Positions 20,401-30,800 of a stretch of 64,000 nt of DNA are shown here, piece by piece. The notes beneath the pieces were generated by a model. It saw nothing but the letters and a program-made list of their open reading frames with translations, was not told the DNA's origin and ran no database searches. The DNA lies in assembly GCA_947594845.1 (NCBI GenBank), contig CANQEI010000004.1:29890-93889 (forward strand), read 5' to 3'. The position numbers and the translations under genes were made by a program. The DNA comes from an uncultured Clostridia bacterium. GTDB lineage: Bacteria; Bacillota; Clostridia; TANB77; CAG-508. Within the stretch, counting starts at the first letter, position 1. The number at the start of each line of letters is the position of its first letter.

Positions 20401-22507
20401 AGAAGGATTTACAAAAAATTCAGATGGAACTTATAGTATTCATGAAAGTTATACTGACGAAAATGGAGAAACAAAATATAAAGATACTCAAGTAAGTGAA
20501 ATTCCTGAAATTAATCTAGTATGCGAAGCTACAATTACTGCAAAAGATCTTCAAAAAGAACTTAAAGTTAAAGATGAAGGTATTGTTGTTGAGAAATCAA
20601 ACTTAATAGCAGAAGAAAGTATTTCTGCAGAAGAAAATATTGTAAAAGTTAATGAAAAAATAGAATCAAAAATCGAAATAAAAAATAATAGTGATTCAAC
20701 AATGAGAAACATTAGAATAGAAAAAGTTTTACCAGAAGGATTAGAATATGTAGACAGTTACATACGAGGATATGATGAAGATGGAATTACTATTAAAAAA
20801 ATAGAAACAGAAGGATATGATTATGCTTCAAGAAAAATTGTATGGGAAATTGAAAGCCTAGAGCCAGGAAGAACAACTTTTGCAATTGCAGAATTGACTG
20901 TAGGAGAAATGAAAGAAAATGTATACAAAGATACAATTTCTACAATTTCAACCATATCAGTAGGTGGAGAAGAATATCAATCAGGACAAGTTGATATAGT
21001 TATAGGAAGGCCAAACTTACAAATAGAACAAAAAGTTCTTCAAACAAATAAATATGTAAAAGTTGGAGATGAAATTGAATATTTATTCAATATAAAAAAT
21101 GCTGGACCTGTAAGAGCTAATGATGTAGTATTAAAAGATTTACTTCCTAAAGAATTACAAATAAGAAAATTAGAATACATAGTTGATGGAGTTGAAGTTT
21201 CAAAGGTTGTTACATCAAATGAAGATGCAACTATATATACAAATATTCAACCTGAAAATGAAATGGTAGCAAAGGTTACAGCAAAAGTAAAAGATATATC
21301 AGATGAACAGAAAACTATAACTAATATAGCAGAATTAAATGCTGAAAACATTGAAACAATAAGGTCAAATGAAATAGAAAATGTAATTGAAAGAACAGTA
21401 AATGCTAATAATACTAATTCAAATGAAAATGAAGAAAACACAGAAAATCAAAATGGAAATCAAGAGTCTAATACAAACAATGCACCTGTTAAAACAAAAT
21501 ATGAGATCACAGGTACTGCATGGATAGATGATAATAAAAATGGTTCAAGAGATAATGGTGAAACAAAACTTTCAGGAGTAGAAGTAAAAATTGTAAATGC
21601 ATCAACAGGAGAACAAATTCAAACAGAAACAACAGCTTTAGATGGAAGTTATGAATTTAAAAACCTAGAAAATGGACAATACATAGTAATATTCTATTAT
21701 AATAGTTCAAAATATGGACTAACTGATTACAAGAAAACAGGTGTTGAAGATAACAAGAATTCTGATGTAATATCAGCAAATGAAGGAAATAAAATTGTTG
21801 CTACAACAGATATAATTACAATTAATAACGGAAGTGTATCTAGTGTAGATATAGGTGTAGTAGAAGCAACAAAATTTGATTTATCATTAGAAAAATCTAT
21901 AACAAAAATAACTGTACAAAATAATGATGGAACTAAAACATATAATTTTGATAATCAAAAACTAGCAAAAGTTGATATAAATGCAAAATACTTAAGCAAT
22001 GCAAAAGTATATGTAGAATATTCTTTCAAAATAAAAAATGAAGGAGAAGTAGAAGGATACGCAAAAAATATAGTAGACTACATGCCTTCAGAACTAGAAT
22101 TTAGTACAGAATTAAATAAAAATTGGTATAGAGGAAATGACGGAAACTTATATACAGAAGAATTATCAAATGCGCCAATAGCAGCAGGAGAGGAAAAAAC
22201 AGTAAAACTTACACTTGTAAAAACAATGACAGAAGAAAATACTGGTATTATAAACAATCAGGCAGAAATAGCAGAAAGCTATAATAAAGCAGGTATTGCA
22301 GATACAGACTCAGAGGCAAACAATAAAGATCAAAAAGAAGATGATATGTCTTCTGCAGATTTAATAATAGGTGTAAAAACTGGAGATACATTAATATACC
22401 TATCAGCAATATTAACAATAACAGTTGCTATGATAATTTTAGCAGTAATAATAAAGAAAAAGAAAATACTATTAAAACTCAAAGTAAAATTTGGAAAGGA
22501 GGTGTAG
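17426..22507 (+). CDS. Giant secreted surface protein (1693 aa): signal peptide, DUF11-type conserved repeats, SdrD/Cna-B-type domain, C-terminal TM + KKKK anchor
   Basis: Signal peptide ...FTLFSTISFA/DD. DUF11-like units are KYTIELENKGTDIAEDVKVNVAIPKGSTL, IEIKNNSDSTMRNIRIEKVLPEGLEYV and YLFNIKNAGPVRANDVVLKDLLPKELQI. The SdrD-B-like unit is GTAWIDDNKNGSRDNGETKLSGVEVKIV...LDGSYEFKNLENGQYIV. The C-terminus is IIGVKTGDTLIYLSAILTITVAMIILAVIIKKKK. SD AAGGAGG. Confidence 0.85.
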   Translation: MLKRGAIDRKIIATILIFCFAFMNYFTLFSTISFADDNELGKQKSSRSSANVEYDVKFFQNNEEKGYEYEGGINEENLSIHIKTEVKNEGYLRNAKILIESENGLSFDILAESGDKYQIKDNQIDLSNIAAGEMSEIVLPIKYKEREDIENLNKKINARLVGVYVDKDGNEKGISENIILRLVWKTNTQFELESNIEKYIPYVNENQKGIIIQTSIKANMPINNSFVEKEELQIEALQIEDYKIEKVSVVRKSGEELSQDNWKFDEENNKVEIKLEDSKSLKSEEFLITYIFSGEKELQMPLKLNSNINGTIFMFGNNETSAAQLNAEYDITEKIGEIVTFEAISTESVKVGNLISNKFNSENNYPVNYETKIVSNISSADLVDGIMITENSDEFEKEEVKVPTNSLNKSIRVNKDNFEKILGQDGTIQILNSNGEVVAELNSNMLVDDNYAITFENGLDTLTIKTTAPKTDGNLMINIEKEIINTDYTVDEIKTFSNIDLKYTGSILYEENIENKVLEMESKIQLEKPQTKADITLSRNTLSTIAENNDIELTIKLNNTNEEVDLYQNPSFSLVFPEYIEDVEVSNIALANNEDVFIIKDANINKNEEGKIVLNIELEGTQSKYNANHLANGTNLIVKANMKLNIYTPMKQDSIEMIYANQNATSYANTINGMGYAEAKIEYKAPVGMVSVNKISNYGQEGKSIVSVEQGKITDKIDIYSDAKIATMEILVMNNNENNCSDIKILGRIPFKGNKDVKTGKDLGTTVDTTLASGIIAAQENLANATVYYSTNGEATEKLDDEKNGWTTEINNLSEVKSYLIVVNDYEIKPGDVLRYSYQYRIPENLEHNNNIYGSFETIYSNLKDVATTTEISAPDLVGLTTGVGPQLSVTVLPNIKDTAKEYEKIKYTIELENKGTDIAEDVKVNVAIPKGSTLATHQTQSTVEASKGWTLKADKEFTKTIKSINPGEKQTIEFFVQVNKLPTIEEFYASKEGFTKNSDGTYSIHESYTDENGETKYKDTQVSEIPEINLVCEATITAKDLQKELKVKDEGIVVEKSNLIAEESISAEENIVKVNEKIESKIEIKNNSDSTMRNIRIEKVLPEGLEYVDSYIRGYDEDGITIKKIETEGYDYASRKIVWEIESLEPGRTTFAIAELTVGEMKENVYKDTISTISTISVGGEEYQSGQVDIVIGRPNLQIEQKVLQTNKYVKVGDEIEYLFNIKNAGPVRANDVVLKDLLPKELQIRKLEYIVDGVEVSKVVTSNEDATIYTNIQPENEMVAKVTAKVKDISDEQKTITNIAELNAENIETIRSNEIENVIERTVNANNTNSNENEENTENQNGNQESNTNNAPVKTKYEITGTAWIDDNKNGSRDNGETKLSGVEVKIVNASTGEQIQTETTALDGSYEFKNLENGQYIVIFYYNSSKYGLTDYKKTGVEDNKNSDVISANEGNKIVATTDIITINNGSVSSVDIGVVEATKFDLSLEKSITKITVQNNDGTKTYNFDNQKLAKVDINAKYLSNAKVYVEYSFKIKNEGEVEGYAKNIVDYMPSELEFSTELNKNWYRGNDGNLYTEELSNAPIAAGEEKTVKLTLVKTMTEENTGIINNQAEIAESYNKAGIADTDSEANNKDQKEDDMSSADLIIGVKTGDTLIYLSAILTITVAMIILAVIIKKKKILLKLKVKFGKEV

Positions 22508-22511
22508 CTAG

Positions 22512-25500
22512 ATGATGAATAACATAAAGAAAAAAATAATTTCAATTTTAACATTATTAACTTTAATAGCTGTAGCATATGCTGGATATAAAGTTTTAGC
22601 AACAGCAACAAATGAAATGTTATCCAAAGATGATAGCTTACCACCAAGTTTCCCATATATAGAATATAATACTTTGATTAGTGATCCATACATACTATGC
22701 TGTGGAAAAGGAATAACACTAAATGGTATGTCAAGAACAGTTGTAAGATCAGGGGATAGACAACAACAAGAACCTTATCTAACAATGAATGATATAGGTA
22801 AAAAAATATTTGAAGAAACTCAAAATGCAAGTGGAGATGTAACATCTAATAATTTTGAAAATCCATATGGTGCTACTACAAGTCGTACAATTGGTTTTTA
22901 TACAGAATCAGATAAAAAAGTTGCATCACCAATGGAAAGCTACATATTAGCAGAAGCATCTGAAAATTTACCATCACAAGGAAGCTCATTCTATAATGTA
23001 ACAGATAGAGAATATACAGGAGACCTTGATGCAGAAGCATATTTTTATAATGTAGAAGGAACTATAATATATGGTGTAAACATTGATGAAAATTCAGGAG
23101 AACCACAAGAATATGTTACACTAGATGAAGAGACAGGAAAATACTATTATATAGAAATAACTAATAGTGGAGAATTTTTCCCATACACATATGTACAATA
23201 TGCATGGTGGAAAACTCCAGCAGGTGGACAATCTAGCCAAGTACAATCAACACCATTTTTCAAAGAAGCAGAAGCATTTGAAGCATATATAAATAAAGTT
23301 GCAAAAAGAGATGAACAAGGAAAAATCGTTACAGAGCAAAAAACAGTCACAGTTAATGGAGAAACAGCAACAGTAACAGTTCCAGTAATAGATTATAAAA
23401 TTTCTGGAGAAGATGATAAATCACAAGTTTATTATGATGAAGACAATGGAAGATATTTAATAGGACCATTTGTATTACATTATTATGAAGAATCTGTAAC
23501 AACAGATAGAGGAACAGTATACTTTTCAAATATAACAGATGCAACAATAGTTAGCAATTTAGGCGCAGTAGATAATTCTAAATGGTTTTTCAAATATACA
23601 GATAGAGATGCAGACGATAAATCAACATTTCCACACAATAATGAAGAATTTTATATAGTAATGGACTATATAGAAGATATGAGATATTTGACAGATATAA
23701 GATTTGATTTTAGATACATGAATGCTGGAGGAGAATATTCAGAATTAAAAGGTGAATACTTTAATGCAAGTTGGGAACCAGAATCAAAAGCAATTTGGTG
23801 TAATGAAGGAGCAAAGAATTGTGCATGTGGAGGACACCATACAAGTGCTCAATATGATTCAAATAATAATTTAACATGTTCTGGCGGAGCAAAAAAATGT
23901 TCACATGGATATTATCATAATCACATTGTAAAATGGGAATATTGGCTAGAATTAGAAAGCTTAGATCCACAAACATCACAGCCATTAGCACAAGTATATG
24001 TAGGTGTAAGATGGTATGAAAAAGCAAATTATTCATTTAAAGCAGAATTTCCACCAGATGAACCAGGACCAAAAGAATATATAAAATTAACAATACCAAT
24101 GGCTGGAGAAGTATGGATAGATATATCTGCAGACAAGAAAAATCCTGATTTTACAGACGGAAAAAGAGAAAATGGAGAAAAAGGTTATAAAAATGCAGAA
24201 GTATATATCTATAAAACATATAAAAACAGTTCTGGTAAAATAGTAAAAAGAGAGTTAGCTGATATATATGATGAAGACAACGAAACAAAACTAAAATATC
24301 CTATTTACACAGACGAAAATGGACATTATGAAATTCCAAATATTAATGTGCCAGGCTCTGGAGACATGATAGAAAATGGATACACTATAGCATATGATGT
24401 AGAATTTAAATATGATGGACAACATTATGAGGCATCACCAGCATTACCAACAGTTAATGGAGATGCACAAAAATATATAAAAGCTTCTAAAAAAGCTAAG
24501 AAAACATATGAAAATGATTCATTAGCTACAGAAAACGAAAAAGTTAGAGAACAATTTAATGAAAAATTTTCAGAAATCTATGGCGGAAAAGCAATAGATA
24601 AAAATGGAGATACAACAGGATATGCTAAAAATGGAAATAACACTTTAAAATTAGATTACACTTCTGAAGAATATACATCACCTGATAATTCTAATAAAAG
24701 AAGACTATCAACATTAACAACTTTAGATAAAAATGAACATATAATTGAGCAATACAAAATGACTGCAACAACAGGAAATACAGGAATATATTTCCCAGTA
24801 AATCATAAAATTTCTTTAGACACAGCTGATGATGTTGTTGAATTAAGTGTTATCGAAAATGAAGATGGAAAAACAACTACATATAAAACAATCTATGATT
24901 ACATGTTACACATAAACTTTGGAGTAAAACAAAGAGAAAAAGCAGATTTATCTGTATTTAAAGATTTATACAAAGCAGAAATTTTAGTAAATGAAAAAGA
25001 AATAACTAAAACATATAACAAATACAGAGATGTGGAAGAAGAAGAAAATAAAGATGCTTTAGATATACAACTAGAAGCTTGCAAGATAGGAAAATATACA
25101 ATAGGATTATATAGCTCTGATTACGAATATCGTTCAACAGTTTATGAAACTAGCCAAGAAGTTGTTAAAAACATGAAAGCTGGAACAGATTTAAAAGTAT
25201 ACTTAACATATAGAATAGCTGTAAATAATGAAAGCCAAGCAGAAGAAGGATTAGATGCAACAATTAATCAAATTAATGATTATTATGATAAAACATTTAC
25301 TTTAATAGATTCTGATATTAGTGCAAACGTATTAGATGATAATCAAAATAGAGTAAACAAAGTAGTTGCAGAAAGCCCATACTATAGAGTCGTTAAAGCT
25401 GATGAAGACGCAGAATATACATATTGGTCTGACAATATGGAAAGATTCAAATGCAATGATACGAACAAAAAGGTAAACAAAGACTACAAAAAATTAACAA

Positions 25501-27695
25501 TAACAGATCTTAAAGGCACAAAATTATCAGCAGGAGATCAACTAGAAATGTTCATAACATTTGAAGTTGACAAAGACGGATATGTAGGAACAACTGATAG
25601 ACCAGAACTATTAGGAGAAAAGAATAATGTTGCTGAAATTGCAAATTACTCAACATTCTATCCAAATGGAAAAGTAGCTGGACTTATTGATAAAGATTCA
25701 GCTCCAGACAATATTGATTTGAATAGAAATGTAAAAGAGTGGTATGAAGATGATACAGAATCAGCACCAGCAACTAACATAGAACTATATGCTTATAACA
25801 GAGAAATTAATGGTACTGTTTGGGAAGACCAAGAAACTGTTAGCCTATTATATAATCAAAAAGTCGGCGATGGTTTAATGGAAGAACAAGAACCAGGTAT
25901 CAAAAATATTGATGTACAATTAGTAGAAAAAATTAAGATTGATGACATCGAATATGAAAAGATTTGGTCTGAAGACGACTTTAAAGGATTGACTGATGAA
26001 GAAAAGAAAGAATACAGATTAAAAGATGTTGAAACAGACGAAAATGGATATTACTATTTCAAAGGCGTATTAGCAGGAAACTATGTTGTAAGATTTAAAT
26101 ATGGAAATAAAGAAGCTAATATAAAATATAATGGTCAAGATTATAAAAATACTGCATATCAAGCAGAAATGCTAAATGAAGATGAAACAACAACATTAAA
26201 TAATGAATGGCAAGATTTAAAAACAAGTAATAAACTAAATGAAACTAGAGTATCAGATGCAAGAGATTATGAATTACAAAGAATGAAAGTAATAGCATAT
26301 TCTAAAAACATAAATAATCAAATAGGAACAGTATTAGAAAGTGCTGATAATCCTGATAAAAGCCATACAGAACTAATTGATAATACTCAAATGGTTGCTA
26401 ATACTGCAAAATTAAATATTGAAATTGAACATCAAGATTTCATTACTTATGGAACTGTTAAGAAGGTAAATGGATTACAAGAATTTACATACAATGTAAA
26501 AGATATAGACTTTGGATTAGAGAAAAGATCTGAAACCGCAATGGAACTTGACAAAAAAATATCAAAAATTTCTTTATATAAAGAAGATGGAGAAACTTTA
26601 TTATTAAATGCTATATATAATGAAGATGGAACAATTGATAGGACAAATCCAGAAGCAATGAGCTTGAATAAATTAACTCATGTTGATGAACAAAGTGATA
26701 TTCAAGGTTTAGATCATATCCATTCAGAAAGCGAATTTTTAAATGGAGCAACACTAAAAATTGAATACACAATAACTTTAACAAATAATTCAGAAGTAGA
26801 TTGGACAGGAAAAATTTCTAGATATGAAAAACCAGAAGAAATTATAGCAGAAGTAGAGAAACTAGAAAAATCTGATATATACGTATCAGGAGAATCAATC
26901 GAATATGGCGAATATGTAGGACTAAATTATTACAATAATAAGAACAATGATACTGACGAAATAGTTGAAACTAAGATAGAACAAATAATTGATTATATTG
27001 ACAATGATATTTCACCAGATGAAGATGCTAATTCACTAGTTGTAAATGAAAGCTGGAGAAAATTATCTTTAGATGAAATTAAAAATGGAAAAATGCTAGA
27101 TGAAAAAGTATACACAAATCTTAATGGAGAATTGACAATAGCAGATTCAAAACAAAGATCATTTATTGGTACAAATAAAAATAATATATTAGTTTCAGAA
27201 AGTGAAGAATATAATCCAAATGCAATTACTAAATTAGTACCTCAAAGTGCTGCTGAGGATTTAGACAAGAAATCAACTGGACAAATAAAAGTTGTAAGTA
27301 CAAAACAATTATCAGAAGAATCTTCAAAAGATGATGTTTATAATAATGTGGCTGAAGTATTAAGTTATTCAAATACAGTTGGTAGAAGAGATCCATTAGC
27401 AGTACCAGGAAATGCTGAAATAGCAAGAGGAGAATATGTTGCAGCAACAGGATATCAAAGCGGAGTACTAGTAATTGACTACGAAGGAGCAAAAGAAATA
27501 ACTATAGGAACATCAGAATTACACCTAAATGGTGAACGTGATACAGATGCATCAGATTATGTATCTATCGCAGAACCAACAGGTATTTCAATTAGAGAAT
27601 ACTATAGTAGAAATTACTATCCAATAATTGCATTAATTACAGGAAGTATATTAGTTGTAGCAATAATTGTAATAAAGAAAAAGATAAAAAAATAA
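22512..27695 (+). CDS. Giant secreted surface protein (1727 aa): signal peptide, Cys...Gln (TQXA-like) N-terminal domain, Cys/His cluster, two SdrD/Cna-B-type domains, C-terminal TM + KKKIKK anchor
   Basis: The start is 4 nt after the upstream stop, with SD AAGGAGGTG. SdrD-B-like units are AGEVWIDISADKKNPDFTDGKRENGEKGYKNAEVYIY...TDENGHYEIPNI and NGTVWEDQE...GIKNIDVQLV...TDENGYYYFKGVLAGNYVVRFKYG. The C-terminus is IAEPTGISIREYYSRNYYPIIALITGSILVVAIIVIKKKIKK. Confidence 0.85.
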   Translation: MMNNIKKKIISILTLLTLIAVAYAGYKVLATATNEMLSKDDSLPPSFPYIEYNTLISDPYILCCGKGITLNGMSRTVVRSGDRQQQEPYLTMNDIGKKIFEETQNASGDVTSNNFENPYGATTSRTIGFYTESDKKVASPMESYILAEASENLPSQGSSFYNVTDREYTGDLDAEAYFYNVEGTIIYGVNIDENSGEPQEYVTLDEETGKYYYIEITNSGEFFPYTYVQYAWWKTPAGGQSSQVQSTPFFKEAEAFEAYINKVAKRDEQGKIVTEQKTVTVNGETATVTVPVIDYKISGEDDKSQVYYDEDNGRYLIGPFVLHYYEESVTTDRGTVYFSNITDATIVSNLGAVDNSKWFFKYTDRDADDKSTFPHNNEEFYIVMDYIEDMRYLTDIRFDFRYMNAGGEYSELKGEYFNASWEPESKAIWCNEGAKNCACGGHHTSAQYDSNNNLTCSGGAKKCSHGYYHNHIVKWEYWLELESLDPQTSQPLAQVYVGVRWYEKANYSFKAEFPPDEPGPKEYIKLTIPMAGEVWIDISADKKNPDFTDGKRENGEKGYKNAEVYIYKTYKNSSGKIVKRELADIYDEDNETKLKYPIYTDENGHYEIPNINVPGSGDMIENGYTIAYDVEFKYDGQHYEASPALPTVNGDAQKYIKASKKAKKTYENDSLATENEKVREQFNEKFSEIYGGKAIDKNGDTTGYAKNGNNTLKLDYTSEEYTSPDNSNKRRLSTLTTLDKNEHIIEQYKMTATTGNTGIYFPVNHKISLDTADDVVELSVIENEDGKTTTYKTIYDYMLHINFGVKQREKADLSVFKDLYKAEILVNEKEITKTYNKYRDVEEEENKDALDIQLEACKIGKYTIGLYSSDYEYRSTVYETSQEVVKNMKAGTDLKVYLTYRIAVNNESQAEEGLDATINQINDYYDKTFTLIDSDISANVLDDNQNRVNKVVAESPYYRVVKADEDAEYTYWSDNMERFKCNDTNKKVNKDYKKLTITDLKGTKLSAGDQLEMFITFEVDKDGYVGTTDRPELLGEKNNVAEIANYSTFYPNGKVAGLIDKDSAPDNIDLNRNVKEWYEDDTESAPATNIELYAYNREINGTVWEDQETVSLLYNQKVGDGLMEEQEPGIKNIDVQLVEKIKIDDIEYEKIWSEDDFKGLTDEEKKEYRLKDVETDENGYYYFKGVLAGNYVVRFKYGNKEANIKYNGQDYKNTAYQAEMLNEDETTTLNNEWQDLKTSNKLNETRVSDARDYELQRMKVIAYSKNINNQIGTVLESADNPDKSHTELIDNTQMVANTAKLNIEIEHQDFITYGTVKKVNGLQEFTYNVKDIDFGLEKRSETAMELDKKISKISLYKEDGETLLLNAIYNEDGTIDRTNPEAMSLNKLTHVDEQSDIQGLDHIHSESEFLNGATLKIEYTITLTNNSEVDWTGKISRYEKPEEIIAEVEKLEKSDIYVSGESIEYGEYVGLNYYNNKNNDTDEIVETKIEQIIDYIDNDISPDEDANSLVVNESWRKLSLDEIKNGKMLDEKVYTNLNGELTIADSKQRSFIGTNKNNILVSESEEYNPNAITKLVPQSAAEDLDKKSTGQIKVVSTKQLSEESSKDDVYNNVAEVLSYSNTVGRRDPLAVPGNAEIARGEYVAATGYQSGVLVIDYEGAKEITIGTSELHLNGERDTDASDYVSIAEPTGISIREYYSRNYYPIIALITGSILVVAIIVIKKKIKK

Positions 27696-27710
27696 AGTTA
27701 AAAAATAAGA

Positions 27711-27750
27711 AATCTAGTTAGAAAATATTTCTAACTAGATTTTTTATTTT
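27711..27750 (+). terminator. Rho-independent terminator of the surface-protein operon
   Basis: Perfect 14-bp stem aatctagttagaaa (27711-27724) / tttctaactagatt (27728-27741), 3-nt loop, T-run. Confidence 0.85.
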
Positions 27751-27817
27751 GCATATATATTCACAAATTGGAAAAAATAGCAATAAAACCAAAAACAAGA
27801 GGAGAAGAAAAATTCCA

Positions 27818-30800
27818 ATGGAAAAATATAAATACTTAAATATAAAAGGAACCAATTTAGAAAAAGAGCAATTACAAAAGTATTTACAACAAATGGCAGA
27901 GGAACAGATAATAAGCAAAAATTCTGAAACCTTAACATATCCAATTGAAAAATTAAAAATAAATTATAGAAATATATTAAAAACATATGAAATATTAAAT
28001 GAGCATTTAAAATTAGGAATAAAAATACATTCTGCTGGAGAATGGCTACTCGACAATTTTTATATAATAGAAGAATCAATTAAAAACATAGAAAAAAATA
28101 TAAATTTAAAAAAATATGTTAAATTACCAGGATTAAGTAATGGCAAATATAAAGGATTCGCAAGAATATATGTGCTAGCTAGTGAAATTGCAGCTTTTAG
28201 TGGAGATAAAATTGATGAAGAGAAAATAATTGATGCACTTCAAAGCTATCAGACAAGGAAAATTTTATCAATGGAAGAAATTTGGAATATAGGTTTATTT
28301 ATTCAGATAGCAATAATACAGACTATTGCAGATATAAGTGAAAAAATTTATTTTTCGCAAATCCAAAAGTATAAAGTAGAAAATATATTTGAAAGATTAA
28401 TAGAAGCTAAAACAAATAAAGAACAAAGATTTAGAAAAAAATTTAAAAATAATAATTCATTAAAAATAAAAGATATAAATTATTCTTTTATTGAATATAT
28501 GTTGTATAAGCTTAGAAGAATTGGCAAAAGAGGAAATCAGTATATTGAAATATTAGAGAAACAAGTAAATAAGTTAGGCTTTAAAACAGATGAAATCGTG
28601 AAAAAGGAACATTTATATGTAGCAACACTTAAAATAAAAATAGGAAGTTGCATAACTAGTATAAAAGATATAAATAGAATTAATTTTCAAAAAGTATTTG
28701 AAAAAACTAATAAAACTGAAGAATTACTAAATGAAGATCCTTGCAAAGTATTTAAGAAAATGACAGAAGAAACTAAAGAGGTTTATAGAGAAAAGATAAA
28801 AGAAATATCAAATAAATTGAAAATATCTGAAATATATATAACAGAAGAAATATTGAAATTATCAAATAGATATAAAGACGAAAAAAATGTAAAAGAAAAA
28901 AGGAAATCACATGTAGGATATTATTTAATTGATGACGGAAAAAATGAATTAATGGAGGAATTAACTGAAAAAAGGATTAAGAAAAAACACAAGTTAAATC
29001 CAAAAACATACATTAATGGAATTATTTTTATATCACTCTTTATAGATCTTTTTTTTGTGTGGAATTTAAAAATGCCAGCATTAGTTAGCCTAATAACTGC
29101 AATCTTAATATATATACCAATCTATGAAATAGTAATAAAAATTATAAATTATATAATGTGTAAAATTATAAAACCAATAAAAATACCTAAGATAGATTAT
29201 GAAAATGGAATTGATGATGAAAATAAAACAATGGTAGTAATACCAACTGTTATAGATACAAAAGAAAAAATTATAAAAATGTTTAAAAAGATGGAAGTAT
29301 ATTATTTAGCAAACCAAGATAAAAACTTGTATTTTACCTTATTGGGGGATTGCACAAGTTCTGAAAAAGAAGTGGAAAAAATTGATCAAGAAATTATAGA
29401 ATGTGGAAAAAAAGAAGCGGAAAAATTGAATTCAATATATAAAACTAAAAATAAGTTTAATTTTTTATATAGAAGAAGAAAATGGAATCCAAATGAAGAA
29501 AAATTTCTAGGATGGGAGAGAAAAAGAGGTTTATTAATACAATTTAATGAACTTATATTAGAAAAAAACAAATCAGACTTTATTGCTAACACATTAGAAG
29601 ACTTTGATGAAAAAATAAAATATATAATAACATTAGATGCTGATACAAATTTAATTATTAATTCTGCACAACAACTAGTTGGGGCAATGAGTCATATCTT
29701 AAATAGACCTATAGAAGAAGAGGGTGTTATAAAAAAAGGATATGGAATAATGCAACCTAGGATTGGTATAACATTAGAAGATTCACAAAAAACAATATTC
29801 ACTAAAATATTTACATCAAATCCAGGTGTAGATTTTTATACAAATGCCATATCAGATTTATATCAAGATTGCTTTGGAGAAGGGATATTTACTGGAAAAG
29901 GTATATATGACTTAAATGTATATCAAAAAATACTAAAAAATAAATTACCAGAAAATAAAATATTGAGTCATGATTTGTTAGAAGGAAATTACTTAAGATG
30001 TGCTTTAGTATCAGATATTGTACTTTTAGATTCATTTCCAACTAAATATTTATCATATTTAGAAAGAGAAAATAGATGGATAAGAGGAGATTGGCAAATT
30101 TCTGGCTGGTTGGAAAGAAAAATAAACAATGAAAAAAATCCAATAAATAGTTTAAGTAAATTTAAAATATTTGAAAATTTAAGAAGAAGTGTATTACCAA
30201 TAACACAAATAACATTACTAATTTTTTCAATGCTAATAAATAATTTCTTTATAGCAATTGTTGTACTTTTATCTGTATTCACAGGCAGCATATTAGAGAT
30301 AATAAATAAAATAATTTTTAGAAAAAGCATAACAGAAGAAAAAATATATGCGAATAAAAAATTTGATAAAACAATTTCAGGTATAAAAGAATGCGTATTA
30401 AGAAATTCATTGGAATTTACATTTATTCCAACAACATCATTAAATTCTGCAACTGCAATAATAAAAACAATATATAGGCTAAAGAAAAATAAAAAGTTAT
30501 TGGAATGGAAAACGTCTGAAGAAGTTGAGAAAAAATCTATAGATTCTTTAGAGTATTATTGCAAAAAAATGTGGATTAATATAATAATTGGAATATTAAT
30601 GTTTGGAATAATAAATCCTTTTGGAATGATTATAGGAACATTATGGATTTTAGGACCATATATTGCATGGAATATAAGTAGAGATATAAGAAAAACAAAA
30701 ATAATAAATGAAAAAAGTAAAAAATATTTAATTGAAATTGCAAAGGAAACATGGATATATTTTAGTGAAAGTTTTAAAAGTGAAAATAATTTTTTGACAC

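Noticed and set aside
27749-27817. ATG at 27749 as the start of the giant glucan-synthase ORF
   Set aside because: It lies within the T-run of the upstream terminator and adds a basic non-conserved leader. The ATG at 27818, preceded by AGAGGAGA, is more plausible, although its 13-nt spacing is long and the start remains uncertain.
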